A stretch of DNA of 53,875 nt. Origin: Octopus bimaculoides. Lineage: Eukaryota. Made by a program: the position numbers and the translations under genes. Under the pieces are notes generated by a model. It made no database searches, was not told where the DNA came from, and saw only the letters and a list, made by a program, of their open reading frames with translations. The stretch covers positions 91,325,968 through 91,379,842 of the forward strand of contig NC_068983.1 in NCBI RefSeq assembly GCF_001194135.2, read 5' to 3'. Shown here piece after piece: positions 1 to 11,456 of this stretch; the first letter of the stretch is position 1; the number at the start of each line of letters is the position of its first letter.

Positions 1-442
1 TCTGTCCCACACGCCTTAACTTCTTATATACAGACACTTACCACTGTGTACTCTAACAAAGAACTGGTATCTTAAATTCTTATACGTGTTACTGACTCTA
101 TTCTATACTATGTATCTCTTACATACACATACATATTTATACACACACTCTTCTCTTGTTTACATGATGGCCTGTCTTTAATGTGTTTTATTATGTCGCA
201 TTCACACACACACAGACATACGATTTAATGCTACAATAAATCTTACTGTTATTCATCTCATACGGTTGTGTTCCTATCGTCTTCCTTACTGGCATTTACG
301 AATTCTCTATGTTATCGAAGTATAACATATATTTATCATTTTATAGATTTTGTGTTCGACCGTGTGACATGTTATAATAAAGGAGCCCTGTTTTTCCATT
401 CGTCACCATTTCTCCTTTTGGGTTTGCACGGTCGATCTTACA

Positions 443-525
<83 letters not shown>

Positions 526-713
526 TAATAAAGGAGTTACGACGCAAAAACGTATAAATTCAAAAGAACATATTTCTCTTCTTCAATATATATTTCAGTA
601 TAAAGAATTCATTAAGATGCTTAAATCAAAATTTCTTTACACATCATTCAGGAACAGATATAACATCAGAAAAAATACATTCCGTTTAAAAACACATTTA
701 TATACATTCATAT

Positions 714-1785
714 TGTTACGAACGCCTGCACGCGAAGCACCTCAAATGAAGAGAGAACTCGCGCACGCGCGAACGTCGACGCTCAGTGGGTCGGGATGTT
801 CGCCACGACTAAGCCCCGGCCGGAGCACGTAACGAAGACAACAGGCAAAAAGGAGGAAGAAATAACACGCAAACCATGCGTTGGGTAGTGGAACTAACTT
901 TTTTTCTTTTTACATCAAAACATCATCATCATCAAAATACTGCATAACAATAATTCTGAAATAACATGCAACAATAAAGTTCTAAGCACATGTAACAATA
1001 CAAAGGTTTTCAATCATTACATAAGCAAAAGTTTACAATCAGGAGTTCATATATCAAGTCGAATTAAAAGTTCTTTCACTTCGTTGTTTTTCTTTTCCAT
1101 TAACAACATGTCCCATCAAAGTTCTTTTCTTTTCTTTTCCACCCGTTAACAAAATCTCTTTTTCTTTTAAAACATGTAACAAAGTTCTCTCTTTAAAGAA
1201 TATTTACACAAACCTTTACCGCAAGAATTTTCTTTAATTCAAAGCTCCAACTACAATCCAAGAAGTGACCAACTGACTATTACAATCTCTTGGCTGCCAG
1301 AACAGTTCCATCTCTGTCCCTCTCTCTCTCATTGCTTCAGTCCCTATCTGCTGACCATAGGCTCTCTCTCTCAGCCTCACTGTTCATCTTCACTGGCTCC
1401 ACTGGTCTTCACATCAACTGCTGTACATCTTCACTGGCTGACGTTCTTCATCCAACTCCCTGGCCAACTGCTCTGGCCAACCGCCTCGCGCCAACTCCTC
1501 ACGCCAACTGCTTGATGCCAACTGCTCTCGTATTTTTCAGAGATACCGTACCCAGCAGTCCTATGTTACCCCCCTCCAGAGCTGGGTCAGTTCAGTACAA
1601 TTCCTCACTTGTTTTTCTGAACTTTCGATGACCGGAAAGAGTCATCGATCACACCTACGTTAAAAATAGCTGTGCTTGTTGACAGGACAAAGGAATACCA
1701 TTGTCCTCAACAACCAGAATATGGTTTCAAACCCAGATCGGGAGATAGGGATATAACATTAATTTGTTTTTCGGTGGTCGCATCA
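714..1785. mobile_element. Possible solo LTR (unclassified)
   Basis: Begins TGTTACG (714) and ends CGCATCA (1785), giving TG..CA termini with ATAT on both flanks. The right ATAT is part of a (TA)n run, so the TSD is weak. CpG-rich start and internal CCAACT-containing short repeats at about 1450-1510. Confidence 0.3.
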
Positions 1786-1805
1786 ATATATATATATATA
1801 TATAC

Positions 1806-2880
1806 ATCATCATCATCGTTTAACGGCCGCTTTCCATGCTAGCATGGGTTGTACGATTTGACTGAGGACTGGTGAAACCAGATGGCTACACCAGGCTCCA
1901 ATCTGATTTGGCAGAGTTTCTACAGCTGGATNNNNNNNNNNNNNNNNNNNNNNNNNNNNNNNNNNNNNNNNNNNNNNNNNNNNNNNNNNNNNNNNNNNNN
2001 NNNNNNNNNNNNNNNNNNNNNNNNNNNNNNNNNNNNNNNNNNNNNNNNNNNNNNNNNNNNNNNNNNNNNNNNNNNNNNNNNNNNNNNNNNNNNNNNNNNN
2101 NNNNNNNNNNNNNNNNNNNNNNNNNNNNNNNNNNNNNNNNNNNNNNNNNNNNNNNNNNNNNNNNNNNNNNNNNNNNNNNNNNNNNNNNNNNNNNNNNNNN
2201 NNNNNNNNNNNNNNNNNNNNNNNNNNNNNNNNNNNNNNNNNNNNNNNNNNNNNNNNNNNNNNNNNNNNNNNNNNNNNNNNNNNNNNNNNNNNNNNNNNNN
2301 NNNNNNNNNNNNNNNNNNNNNNNNNNNNNNNNNNNNNNNNNNNNNNNNNNNNNNNNNNNNNNNNNNNNNNNNNNNNNNNNNNNNNNNNNNNNNNNNNNNN
2401 NNNNNNNNNNNNNNNNNNNNNNNNNNNNNNNNNNNNNNNNNNNNNNNNNNNNNNNNNNNNNNNNNNNNNNNNNNNNNNNNNNNNNNNNNNNNNNNNNNNN
2501 NNNNNNNAAGTCATCGCCTCGGTGAGGCCCAATGTTCGAAGGTCTTGCCTCACCTCCTCAGCCCAGGTCTTCCTGGGCATACTTCTTCCATGGGTTCCCT
2601 CAACTGTTAGGGTGTGGCACTTTTTCACGCAGCTATCCTCGTCCATTCTCGCCACATGTCCATACCAGGGCAATCGTCTCTCTTGCACACCACAACTGAT
2701 GCTTCTTATGTTCAGCTTTTCTCTCAATATACTTACACTTTGTCAGGTATGCACACTGACATTACTCATCCATCGGAGCATACTTGCTTCATTCCTTGCG
2801 AGCTTACGCATGTCCTCAGCCGTGACAGCCCATGTTTCACTGCCATATAGCATGGCTGTTCGTACACATGCGTCATATAC
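1806..2880 (-). mobile_element. RTE-clade LINE, 3' end (RT C-terminus, 3'UTR, (GAT)n tail), interrupted by a gap
   Basis: Minus ORF reads [37 protein letters not shown]. The tail ...CATGCTAGCATGGAAAGCGGCCGTTAAACGATGATGATGATG matches the copy ending near 11456. Confidence 0.9.
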
Positions 2881-2929
2881 ATATATACATGCATATATAT
2901 ATACATATTTATACATATATATAGATATT

Positions 2930-3060
<131 letters not shown>

Positions 3061-3183
3061 TTATACATATACATAGATATTTATACATATATATTTATAC
3101 ATATATATATATACATATTTATACATATACGTACATATATATATATACATACATATATAAATATACTTATACATGTAATTAAT

Positions 3184-3390
3184 CATCATCATCATCGTTT
3201 AACGTCTGCCTTCCATGCTATCATGAGTTGGATGATTTGACTGAGGACTGGCGAACCAGATGGCTGCACCAAGCTCCAATCTGATCTGGCAGAGTTTCTA
3301 CAGCTGGATGCCCTTCCTAACGCCAACCACTCTGAGAGTGTAGTGGGTGCTTTTACGTGCCAGGGGCACAAGGGCCAGTCAGGCGATAAA
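3184..3390 (-). mobile_element. RTE LINE 3'UTR/tail fragment
   Basis: Reverse complement matches 11290-11456 (GGTTGGCGTTAGGAAGGGCATCCAGCTGTAGAAACTCTGCC...GACGTTAAACGATGATGATG). Confidence 0.85.
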
Positions 3391-3408
3391 TATACATATA
3401 TATATATA

Positions 3409-3441
<33 letters not shown>

Positions 3442-4074
3442 CTATACATATAAATACATATATACACATGCATATATATACATGTACATAAATTTATATA
3501 TACATACANNNNNNNNNNNNNNNNNNNNNNNNNNNNNNNNNNNNNNNNNNNNNNNNNNNNNNNNNNNNNNNNNNNNNNNNNNNNNNNNNNNNNNNNNNNN
3601 NNNNNNNNNNNNNNNNNNNNNNNNNNNNNNNNNNNNNNNNNNNNNNNNNNNNNNNNNNNNNNNNNNNNNNNNNNNNNNNNNNNNNNNNNNNNNNNNNNNN
3701 NNNNNNNNNNNNNNNNNNNNNNNNNNNNNNNNNNNNNNNNNNNNNNNNNNNNNNNNNNNNNNNNNNNNNNNNNNNNNNNNNNNNNNNNNNNNNNNNNNNN
3801 NNNNNNNNNNNNNNNNNNNNNNNNNNNNNNNNNNNNNNNNNNNNNNNNNNNNNNNNNNNNNNNNNNNNNNNNNNNNNNNNNNNNNNNNNNNNNNNNNNNN
3901 NNNNNNNNNNNNNNNNNNNNNNNNNNNNNNNNNNNNNNNNNNNNNNNNNNNNAGGAAGTGTGTGTAAGGGGAGACAAGTGTTTTTAGTTAGAGTTATGAA
4001 CTCTTTTTTTCAAACAGGAAGTTTGTGTCTGTTCATAGAGAAATAAGGTCACTGAGGGGTGTGTGTGTTAAGAA

Positions 4075-4943
4075 ATGGTTGGTATTTCTCTATGTCATCC
4101 GGATAATTTTGAGATAGGTCGGACAAGTAAAATAATTTATTCAGCTCGGTCAGGTTCGAATCCTAACAAGTCCAGTGGTTCAGAGTTAAGAAAGTCAACC
4201 AGTCCTTTTATTTCTAAATCTGATTCAAATTTTCATTCAGCAATTATTATTTGTAGATATTGTAGAAAGTCAGGCCATTTGATTTCTGAGTGTAAAATGC
4301 TCAAGTTAAAAAATCAGTCACAACCCTTTCCACACACTTTTGTGAATATCAAGTCTCAGCCTATTTCCGATATTATTAACAATGAGGAGGGGTACTTGCC
4401 TTTTATTTCAAAAGGGTTTATCTCACTTAAGGGTGATAAGTCCACGTTACGACCCATCACTACTTTTAGGGACACAGGCGCACTCCAGTCTCTAGTGTTG
4501 GAAGGTACTCTTCCTTTCTCGAACGTGTCGTCTGCTAATTCTGATGTTTTATTAGAGGGTATTAGTGCAATTTCAAATGCACCACTTCATTTTGTTGATT
4601 TGCAGTCAGATTTTGTGTCTGGTTCGGTGAAAGCTGGTGTTAAGAAAACTCTCCTAGTTTCAGGTGTAGACTTGATTATTGGAAATGATTTAGCAGGGTC
4701 CAAGCTTTTGTCTGATCCACACGTTAGCATTAAGCCAAGCCCTTCTGAGAGCCCTGAATCCCACTTGAACTCACTAGACCATGTGTCTACTTCTCGAAAC
4801 CGACCTTTCAAAGCTACTGAGGTTGCCAGAGAACATTTGAAGAAATCAACAGGACAAAACGAAAGCCATTTATGAAAGAAACTGTAAAGCCCGAAATTTC
4901 AGTCGTGGTGACAGGTCTAGAAGTGTACCATTAAAAGCCATAC
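4075..4943 (+). mobile_element. Ty3/Gypsy retrotransposon relic: gag zinc knuckle, aspartic protease and post-integrase segment
   Basis: ORF 4075-4875 has the CCHC knuckle CRYCRKSGHLISEC, the protease motif FRDTGALQSL and VDLIIGNDLAG. It continues into EVAREHLKKS and, after a frameshift, KAIYERNCKARNFSRGDR, which resembles the post-integrase region. Confidence 0.85.
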
Positions 4944-5689
4944 NNNNNNNNNNNNNNNNNNNNNNNNNNNNNNNNNNNNNNNNNNNNNNNNNNNNNNNNN
5001 NNNNNNNNNNNNNNNNNNNNNNNNNNNNNNNNNNNNNNNNNNNNNNNNNNNNNNNNNNNNNNNNNNNNNNNNNNNNNNNNNNNNNNNNNNNNNNNNNNNN
5101 NNNNNNNNNNNNNNNNNNNNNNNNNNNNNNNNNNNNNNNNNNNNNNNNNNNNNNNNNNNNNNNNNNNNNNNNNNNNNNNNNNNNNNNNNNNNNNNNNNNN
5201 NNNNNNNNNNNNNNNNNNNNNNNNNNNNNNNNNNNNNNNNNNNNNNNNNNNNNNNNNNNNNNNNNNNNNNNNNNNNNNNNNNNNNNNNNNNNNNNNNNNN
5301 NNNNNNNNNNNNNNNNNNNNNNNNNNNNNNNNNNNNNNNNNNNNNNNNNNNNNNNNNNNNNNNNNNNNNNNNNNNNNNNNNNNNNNNNNNNNNNNNNNNN
5401 NNNNNNNNNNNNNGTTGGTATGAATAACCAAATATATATACAGGAAGTTAGCATAGTACGAGACAGGTAACCTCGTTCACTTCCTGTTAACAAGCAAGGC
5501 AGGTAATCTCGTACTTCCTGTTAAAAAGGGGAGTGGGGAAGACAGCTGGAACTTGGCGCGAATAGAACCAGAATGAGACGGAGCTGCATACGGGTCAGAC
5601 CATTCACCACCTACCTTGAAACCATTGAGACTGGACATAATCTCCATATATGAACATTTACTTCCCTGTTTGAACACTTTGTTGTTACG

Positions 5690-5990
5690 ATCAGAAGTTT
5701 ACCCCTTTTTCTTACATTATTAATTTGTCTGATCGTGACAATAACTGGGAGCAGTAGTCCAGGCAGCTGAGAACACAGGTTCTGCACAGGGTCAACATAG
5801 TTTCTTGGTCTCTTTTCTTGAAGGACCTTAGTATCCATCCTGCCAGTTGTCTGTGCTTTGATAGTATCTTGCAAATGTGCGTATGAAATGATGCATCATT
5901 GTACATACTGATTCCCAAGTCTTTCACTGCCTGTGACTCTGGGATTGTAGTGCTTTTGGGTCCTGTAAACATAGACTGTACTGTATTCGT
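5690..5990 (-). mobile_element. CR1-like LINE RT C-terminal fragment
   Basis: IPESQAVKDLGISMYNDASFHTHICKILSK..LAGWILRSF..LDYCSQL. Nucleotide similarity to 42050-42150. Confidence 0.75.
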
Positions 5991-6341
5991 GAGTTCAGAG
6001 TGCAGTGCTTGAATATATATATAAATCTTTAGTTGAATATATTCAATGATAATATTATATACTGAATTTATATTGAGTGCTCTATTGCATCAAAGTATTA
6101 ATACTATTAAAGTATTTATGTATTTAACATACAATTTAACGATTGTATATATATTTTATAATATATTATTATTAATATCATGAAATCAATATTGGAAAAT
6201 TCATCGGAAGGATATATATGTGTAGAGTAATTGTTGTATAAAAACTATATGTAAAAATATATGTAAATATGTAAAAGTATAAATATATAATATAATAATA
6301 ATAAACATGTCAGTTTAAAAATTTTGAATTAGGTTTTAAAT

Positions 6342-6433
6342 TATCTTACGATCGTTTCACAAAAGCACTGTACTAATAATGGAATCCTGTATTGATAAGC
6401 ATTTATGGACAACTCTTCTGCTCTTCAGAGATA
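6342..6433 (-). ncRNA. Minimal type I hammerhead ribozyme (PLE-type)
   Basis: Minus strand reads TATCT-CTGAAGA-GCAGAAG-[49 nt]-CTTTTGT-GAAAC-GATC-GTA-AGATA. Stem I has 5 bp, stem II has 7 bp (2 G-U), stem III is ultra-short and palindromic, and the cleavage triplet is GUA. Confidence 0.75.
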
Positions 6434-6689
6434 TAAAGCTTAGAATTTGTATAATTTATCGAATGGTATTTTTTTAAAGATATGAAGTAATATTATAAAA
6501 GGTGTTTGTTTGAAATATAAATCAAATATTAAAAATTAAAAGTTACTGCTCTGCATTTTGGTAAGTACACTTTAGTATAAGACTTTAATTCGTCTTTTCT
6601 TCTTTGGTTGGTCTTCAGTAATAATCCATAATAGTTATGTGTAGAATCCATTATATTATCTGTTTTTGATTTTTGTTAAGATAACCTTA

Positions 6690-7102
6690 AATATAACAAT
6701 AATACACAACTAATACAAAATGATGAAACTCCTACACAATACAATAAAAAACCTGGAAACAATAATGATAGGCAAACAGCTAAATACAATAATAACAATA
6801 AATACTGAGAGAAAAATACACAAATCCCCAAACCAATATATAAATGTAATAAAAAGACTTGAAAGAGAGAAATTATTTGGTACACACATCCATTTTCATT
6901 AAATGTGAAAGATTTAGCAAAAAAGTTCTTAAATATAGTTTAAAATAATTTTCCGAGGAATCACAACTATCACCATATATTTAATAGATCAACAATTAAA
7001 ATATCCTTCTCTACAACACCAAACATAGGATCTATTATCACCTGTTCTAATAAAAGAAAAATTAACAAATATAAAAACACTTGTAATAATAATAAAAATT
7101 AA

Positions 7103-7170
<68 letters not shown>

Positions 7171-7525
7171 GATAAGCAGTAGCAATAAGAATATATGTAA
7201 TGCACAAACTACTGGAACACCTAACAATAATATTGATATAACAAAACCCCAGCAAAATTCTAAATACCATAAACCAATAAAAATAAAAATAGTAATCCAC
7301 AAATAATAAATGTATTTAATTCTGCGATAAATAATACTACAATAAACTCAATAATAATACCAGACACCACAAATAATCATGTCAATAGTAGACAATATTC
7401 ATCTGAACAGAAACATAAAAACAAAAATAAAAACTGTTCATGTAAAAAATAAAAAAATATGCCCTTTAAAAGGCAACTGTAAAAGATTTAATGTAATATA
7501 AAAATGCATAGTTACAATAATTAAT
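6690..7525 (+). mobile_element. Penelope-like element fragment (RT-endonuclease linker and start of GIY-YIG domain), degenerate
   Basis: IIWYTHPFSLNVK-DLAKKFL..NFPRNHNYHHIFNRSTIKISFSTTPNIGSII near 6870-7040. Cys-rich NCSCK..PLKGNCKRFNVIYKC at 7430-7510. Internal (AAT)n expansion at about 7105-7170. Confidence 0.7.
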
Positions 7526-7678
7526 AATGCACATAGCCCTTACCGTTTGTTTTCACTGCTCTGTCTTGTTTTTACTGTCTTGTTCTCACTGTCCTGTTCT
7601 TGTTTACACTTTTGCTCTCTGCAAAAAATTCCAAATTTTATTTAATTTGCTTTACGGGAAGGACTGTTCCAACGAAGT

Positions 7679-7738
7679 CGCGTATTTTCCTTGCCTTCGA
7701 AACGTGGAGTAGATGGAACAGGGACAACTGAAGAAGGG
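7679..7738 (+). ncRNA. Candidate non-circularly permuted hammerhead ribozyme, copy 1 (core intact)
   Basis: CGCG-TA-TTTTCCT-TGCCTTC-GAAA-CGTG-linker-GGGACAA-CTGAAGA-AGGG. Stems I and III can pair; stem II is weak. Confidence 0.5.
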
Positions 7739-8449
7739 AAATATTCTTTATGTTGCATGTCTCGTTTCTCTGCTTGTTTGTTTTTTCGTTGTTTGAAAAG
7801 AAAGTTCGTTTTCTGTCTTTGTCTTTATGTTTTCGTTTCTCATCGTGTTTAACGTTTTTTGTGATGTCCTGTACCCATATATGCATGTATGTATACACAC
7901 AGATGTAGGTATGTACATATATGTATGGATATATGCATATATCTATATATTATTTATGTTATATGATCGAACACCACGCACCCGTTTCCAAGTAAGTTTT
8001 ATCTTAATAATTACTACTACGCACTCTACTATTATTACTATCACTTCCCTGTCTATCTTCTCCCTCTCTTGTTCTTCATCCTTTCTGTTTTTCTCTCCCC
8101 ACCCTTCCCTATTCTTCTCTTCCTTTCACCGTTCCCTCTCTCTCACTTTTCCTCCTTGACCCTCTCGTCGCTGACACGTGACGAAAAGGATTCTTTCTTT
8201 CTATTTCCTGCCTTCCTATAGAGAAGACGTGATTTTTTTGTCTCTCACTTCTAACTAGTGTTCAAAATAATAATTTTTCTATCATCTTGGCCTAACAGCC
8301 CTTACCGTTTGTTGTCACTGTCCTGTCTTGTTTTTATTGTCTTTTACTGTCTTGTTCTCACAGTCCTGTTCTGTTTACACTTTAACGCTCCGCAAAAAAT
8401 TCCAAATTTTATTTAATTTGCTTTGCAGGAAGGACAGTTCAAACGAAGT

Positions 8450-8509
8450 CGCGTATTATCCTTGCCTTTGAAATGTGGAGTAGATGGAACAGGGACAACT
8501 GAAGAAGGG
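8450..8509 (+). ncRNA. Candidate non-circularly permuted hammerhead ribozyme, copy 2 (core intact)
   Basis: CGCG-TA-TTATCCT-TGCCTTT-GAAA-TGTG-linker-GGGACAA-CTGAAGA-AGGG. Confidence 0.45.
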
Positions 8510-9282
8510 AAATATTCTTTATGTTGCATGTCTCGTTTCTCTGGGTTTTTTTCGTTGTTCGAAAAGAAAGTTCGTTTTCTGCCTTCGTCTTTATGTTTTC
8601 GTTTCTCATTGTGTTTAACGTTTTTTGTGATGTCCTGCACCCATATATGCATGTATGTATACATATAGATGTAGGTATGTACATATATGTATGGATATAT
8701 GCATAAATTTATATATTATTTATGTTATCATNNNNNNNNNNNNNNNNNNNNNNNNNNNNNNNNNNNNNNNNNNNNNNNNNNNNNNNNNNNNNNNNNNNNN
8801 NNNNNNNNNNNNNNNNNNNNNNNNNNNNNNNNNNNNNNNNNNNNNNNNNNNNNNNNNNNNNNNNNNNNNNNNNNNNNNNNNNNNNNNNNNNNNNNNNNNN
8901 NNNNNNNNNNNNNNNNNNNNNNNNNNNNNNNNNNNNNNNNNNNNNNNNNNNNNNNNNNNNNNNNNNNNNNNNNNNNNNNNNNNNNNNNNNNNNNNNNNNN
9001 NNNNNNNNNNNNNNNNNNNNNNNNNNNNNNNNNNNNNNNNNNNNNNNNNNNNNNNNNNNNNNNNNNNNNNNNNNNNNNNNNNNNNNNNNNNNNNNNNNNN
9101 NNNNNNNNNNNNNNNNNNNNNNNNNNNNNNNNNNNNNNNNNNNNNNNNNNNNNNNNNNNNNNNNNNNNNNNNNNNNNNNNNNNNNNNNNNNNNNNNNNNN
9201 NNNNNNNNNNNNNNNNNNNNNNNNNNNNNNNNNNNNNNNNNNNNNNNNNNNNNNNNNNNNNNNNNNNNNNNNNNNNNNNNNN

Positions 9283-11456
9283 AAGGAGTCATATCCAATG
9301 ACTGGTGTAGCAGCACCATAGTCAACTGTTACAAAGGTAATGGTGACGCTTTAGATACAAATAATTACAGAGGTATCAAGTTGTTAGGTAATGAAAGTCA
9401 CGGAGAGGGTCATAGCCCAACTAATTAGGGAGCGAGTCAGTTTAGATGAGATGCAGTTTGGGTTCGTGCCAGGGAAAAGAACCACTGATGCTATATTTCT
9501 GGTAAGACAGCTTCAGGAGAAATACCTAGCCAAAGATAAACCTCTGTACCTGGCTTTCGTTGACATGGAGAAAGCCTTTGACAGGGTCCACCGATCCGTT
9601 ACCTGGTGGTCAATGAGGAAACTAGGGATAGAAGAATGTTTAGTGAGAACTGTGCGAGCCATGTACAGAGACGCTGTCAGTAAGGTGAGGGTTGGCAATG
9701 AGTACAGTGAAGAATTCCGGGTAGAGGTAGAAGTCCACCAAGGTTCTGTCCTCAGCCCCGTCTTATTTATCAGTCCTCCAGGCGATAACAGAGGAATTCA
9801 AGACAGGATGCCCCTGGGAGCTCCTCTATGCTAATGACCTTGCATTAATTGCTGAGTCACTATCAGAACTAGAAGAGAAGTTTCAGGTGTGGAAACAGGG
9901 ACTAGAATCGAAGGGCCTTAGAGTCAACCTAGCTAAAACCAAAGTCCTAATAAGTAGGAAGATAGACAAAACACAAAGCCCTTCAAGTAGATGGCCCTGC
10001 TCGATCTGTAGAAAAGGTGTTGGTAGAAACTGTATAAATTGTACCCAGTGCAAGCTATGCACACTAAGACGTGCAGCAATATCAAAGGAAGGTTAACTCG
10101 GAAGTTAGTTTTTGTATGTGGCAGATGTTCAGGTGCAATAAACACTGAAAATGTGCAGAAAACAACGTCTGCCACATTTCAGGGAGAAAAACTAGAGGTG
10201 GTTGATAACTTCCGTTATCTAGGTGACCAAATTAGTAGTGGGGGAGGGTGCGCTGAAAGTGTAGCTGTTAGAATAAGAATAGCCTGGGCAAAGTTCAGAG
10301 AGCTCTTACCTCTGCTGGCGACAAAGGGCCTCTCACTCAGAGTAAAAAGAAGACTGTATGACGCATGTGTACGAACAGCCATGCTACACGGCAGTGAAAC
10401 ATGGGCCGTGACTGCTGAGGACATGCGTAAGCTCGAAAGGAATGAAGCCAGTATGCTCCGATGGATGAGTAATGTCAGTGTGCATACCCGACAGAGTGTA
10501 AGTATCTTGAAAGAAAAGTTGAACCCAAGAAGCATCAGTTGTGGTGTGCAAGAGAGAGGATTGCGCTGGTATGGACATGTGGCGAGAATGGATGAGGATA
10601 GCTGTGTGAAAAAGTGCCACACCCTAGCGGTTGAAGGAACTCTTGAAAGAGGCAGGCCCAGGAAGACCTGGGATGAGGTGGTGAAGCACGACTTCCGAAC
10701 ATTAGGCCTCACCGAGGCAATGACTTCTGACCGAGACCTTTGGAAATATGCTGTGTGTGAGAAGACCCGGCAAACCAAGTGAGACCAAAATCCAAGGCCT
10801 CCACCTGGGATGTAGCCCGCCCACTTACGCGTAAGATTCCTCCATTGGACACTAAACTCTGCTTGCGAAGACCTGTTGAGGCAAGTGAAATCGAAATCGA
10901 ACTAAATTTGTAGACTGGCACCCATGCCAACGTCTCTTCATTGAACACTAAATTCAGCTTGCGAAGACGTTTTGGGGCAAGCGAAAGCAAAATCGTGATG
11001 GCACCTGTATCAGTAGATCACTAAAAGCACTGTCCGAGCGTGAATGTTGCCAAAGCAACAGCTGTCTTGCTTCCGTGCCGGGGGGCACGCAAATAGCACC
11101 ATTTGAGCGTGATCGTTACCAACGTCGCCTTCCTGGTACTTGTGCCAGTAGCATGTGAAAAGACATTCGAGCGAGTTTGCTGCCAGTACCGCTGGACTGG
11201 CTCCTGTGCAGGTGGCACGTAAAATACACCATTTCGAGCGTGGCTATTGCCAATACCTCCCAACTGGCCTTCGTGCCAGTGGTGCATAAAAGCACCCACT
11301 ACACTCTCGAATGGTTGGCGTTAGGAAGGGCATCGAGCTGTAGAAACTCTGCCAAATCAGACTGGAGCCTGGTGTAGCCATCTGGTTCACCAGTCCTCAG
11401 TCAAATCGTCCAACCCATGCTAGCATGGAAAGCGGACGTTAAACGATGATGATGAT
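9283..11456 (+). mobile_element. RTE-clade LINE: RT domain, 3'UTR and (GAT)n tail, frameshifted
   Basis: QFGFVPGKRTTDAIFLVRQLQEKY..FVDMEKAFDRV..VHQGSVLSP, followed by [39 protein letters not shown]. Tail CATGCTAGCATGGAAAGCGGACGTTAAACGATGATGATGAT. Confidence 0.95.

Larger units (their letters stand above)
7534..8731 (+). repeat. Tandem ~770-bp interspersed repeat unit (about 1.6 copies, runs into gap), possibly PLE terminal repeat or retrozyme-like
   Basis: AGCCCTTACCGTTTG...GATGTCCTG(T/C)ACCCATATATGCATG occurs starting near 7536 and again near 8297. Homologues at 13420-13848 and 15505-15691 (-) and 15692-16100 (+); partial related pieces at 13215-13335 and 16385-16520. Confidence 0.85.

Noticed and set aside
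268-547. ORFs with YIYI, THTH, CVCV, IIII or NNNN runs (also 2766-3076, 6989-7302, 13180-13583, 25627-25944)
   Set aside because: Translations of (TA)n, (CA)n, (GA)n and (AAT)n microsatellites.
5414-5690. Possible LTR of the Gypsy relic, with two ~26-bp direct repeats (CAGGTAA..CTCGT..ACTTCCTGTTAA)
   Set aside because: No matching second LTR, PBS or PPT is visible because gaps flank the element.
6612-6618. Other CTGAAGA/CTGATGA occurrences (6612 minus, 13828, 41030)
   Set aside because: No correctly placed GAAA, NUH or closing stems, so they are not hammerheads.
10846-11300. Internal ~95-bp duplication and GCCAGT/GGCACGT motifs in the RTE 3'UTR (also 52230-52570), superficially array-like
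   Set aside because: Shared by all RTE copies as part of the family 3'UTR. No constant repeat/unique spacer periodicity, so not CRISPR-like.
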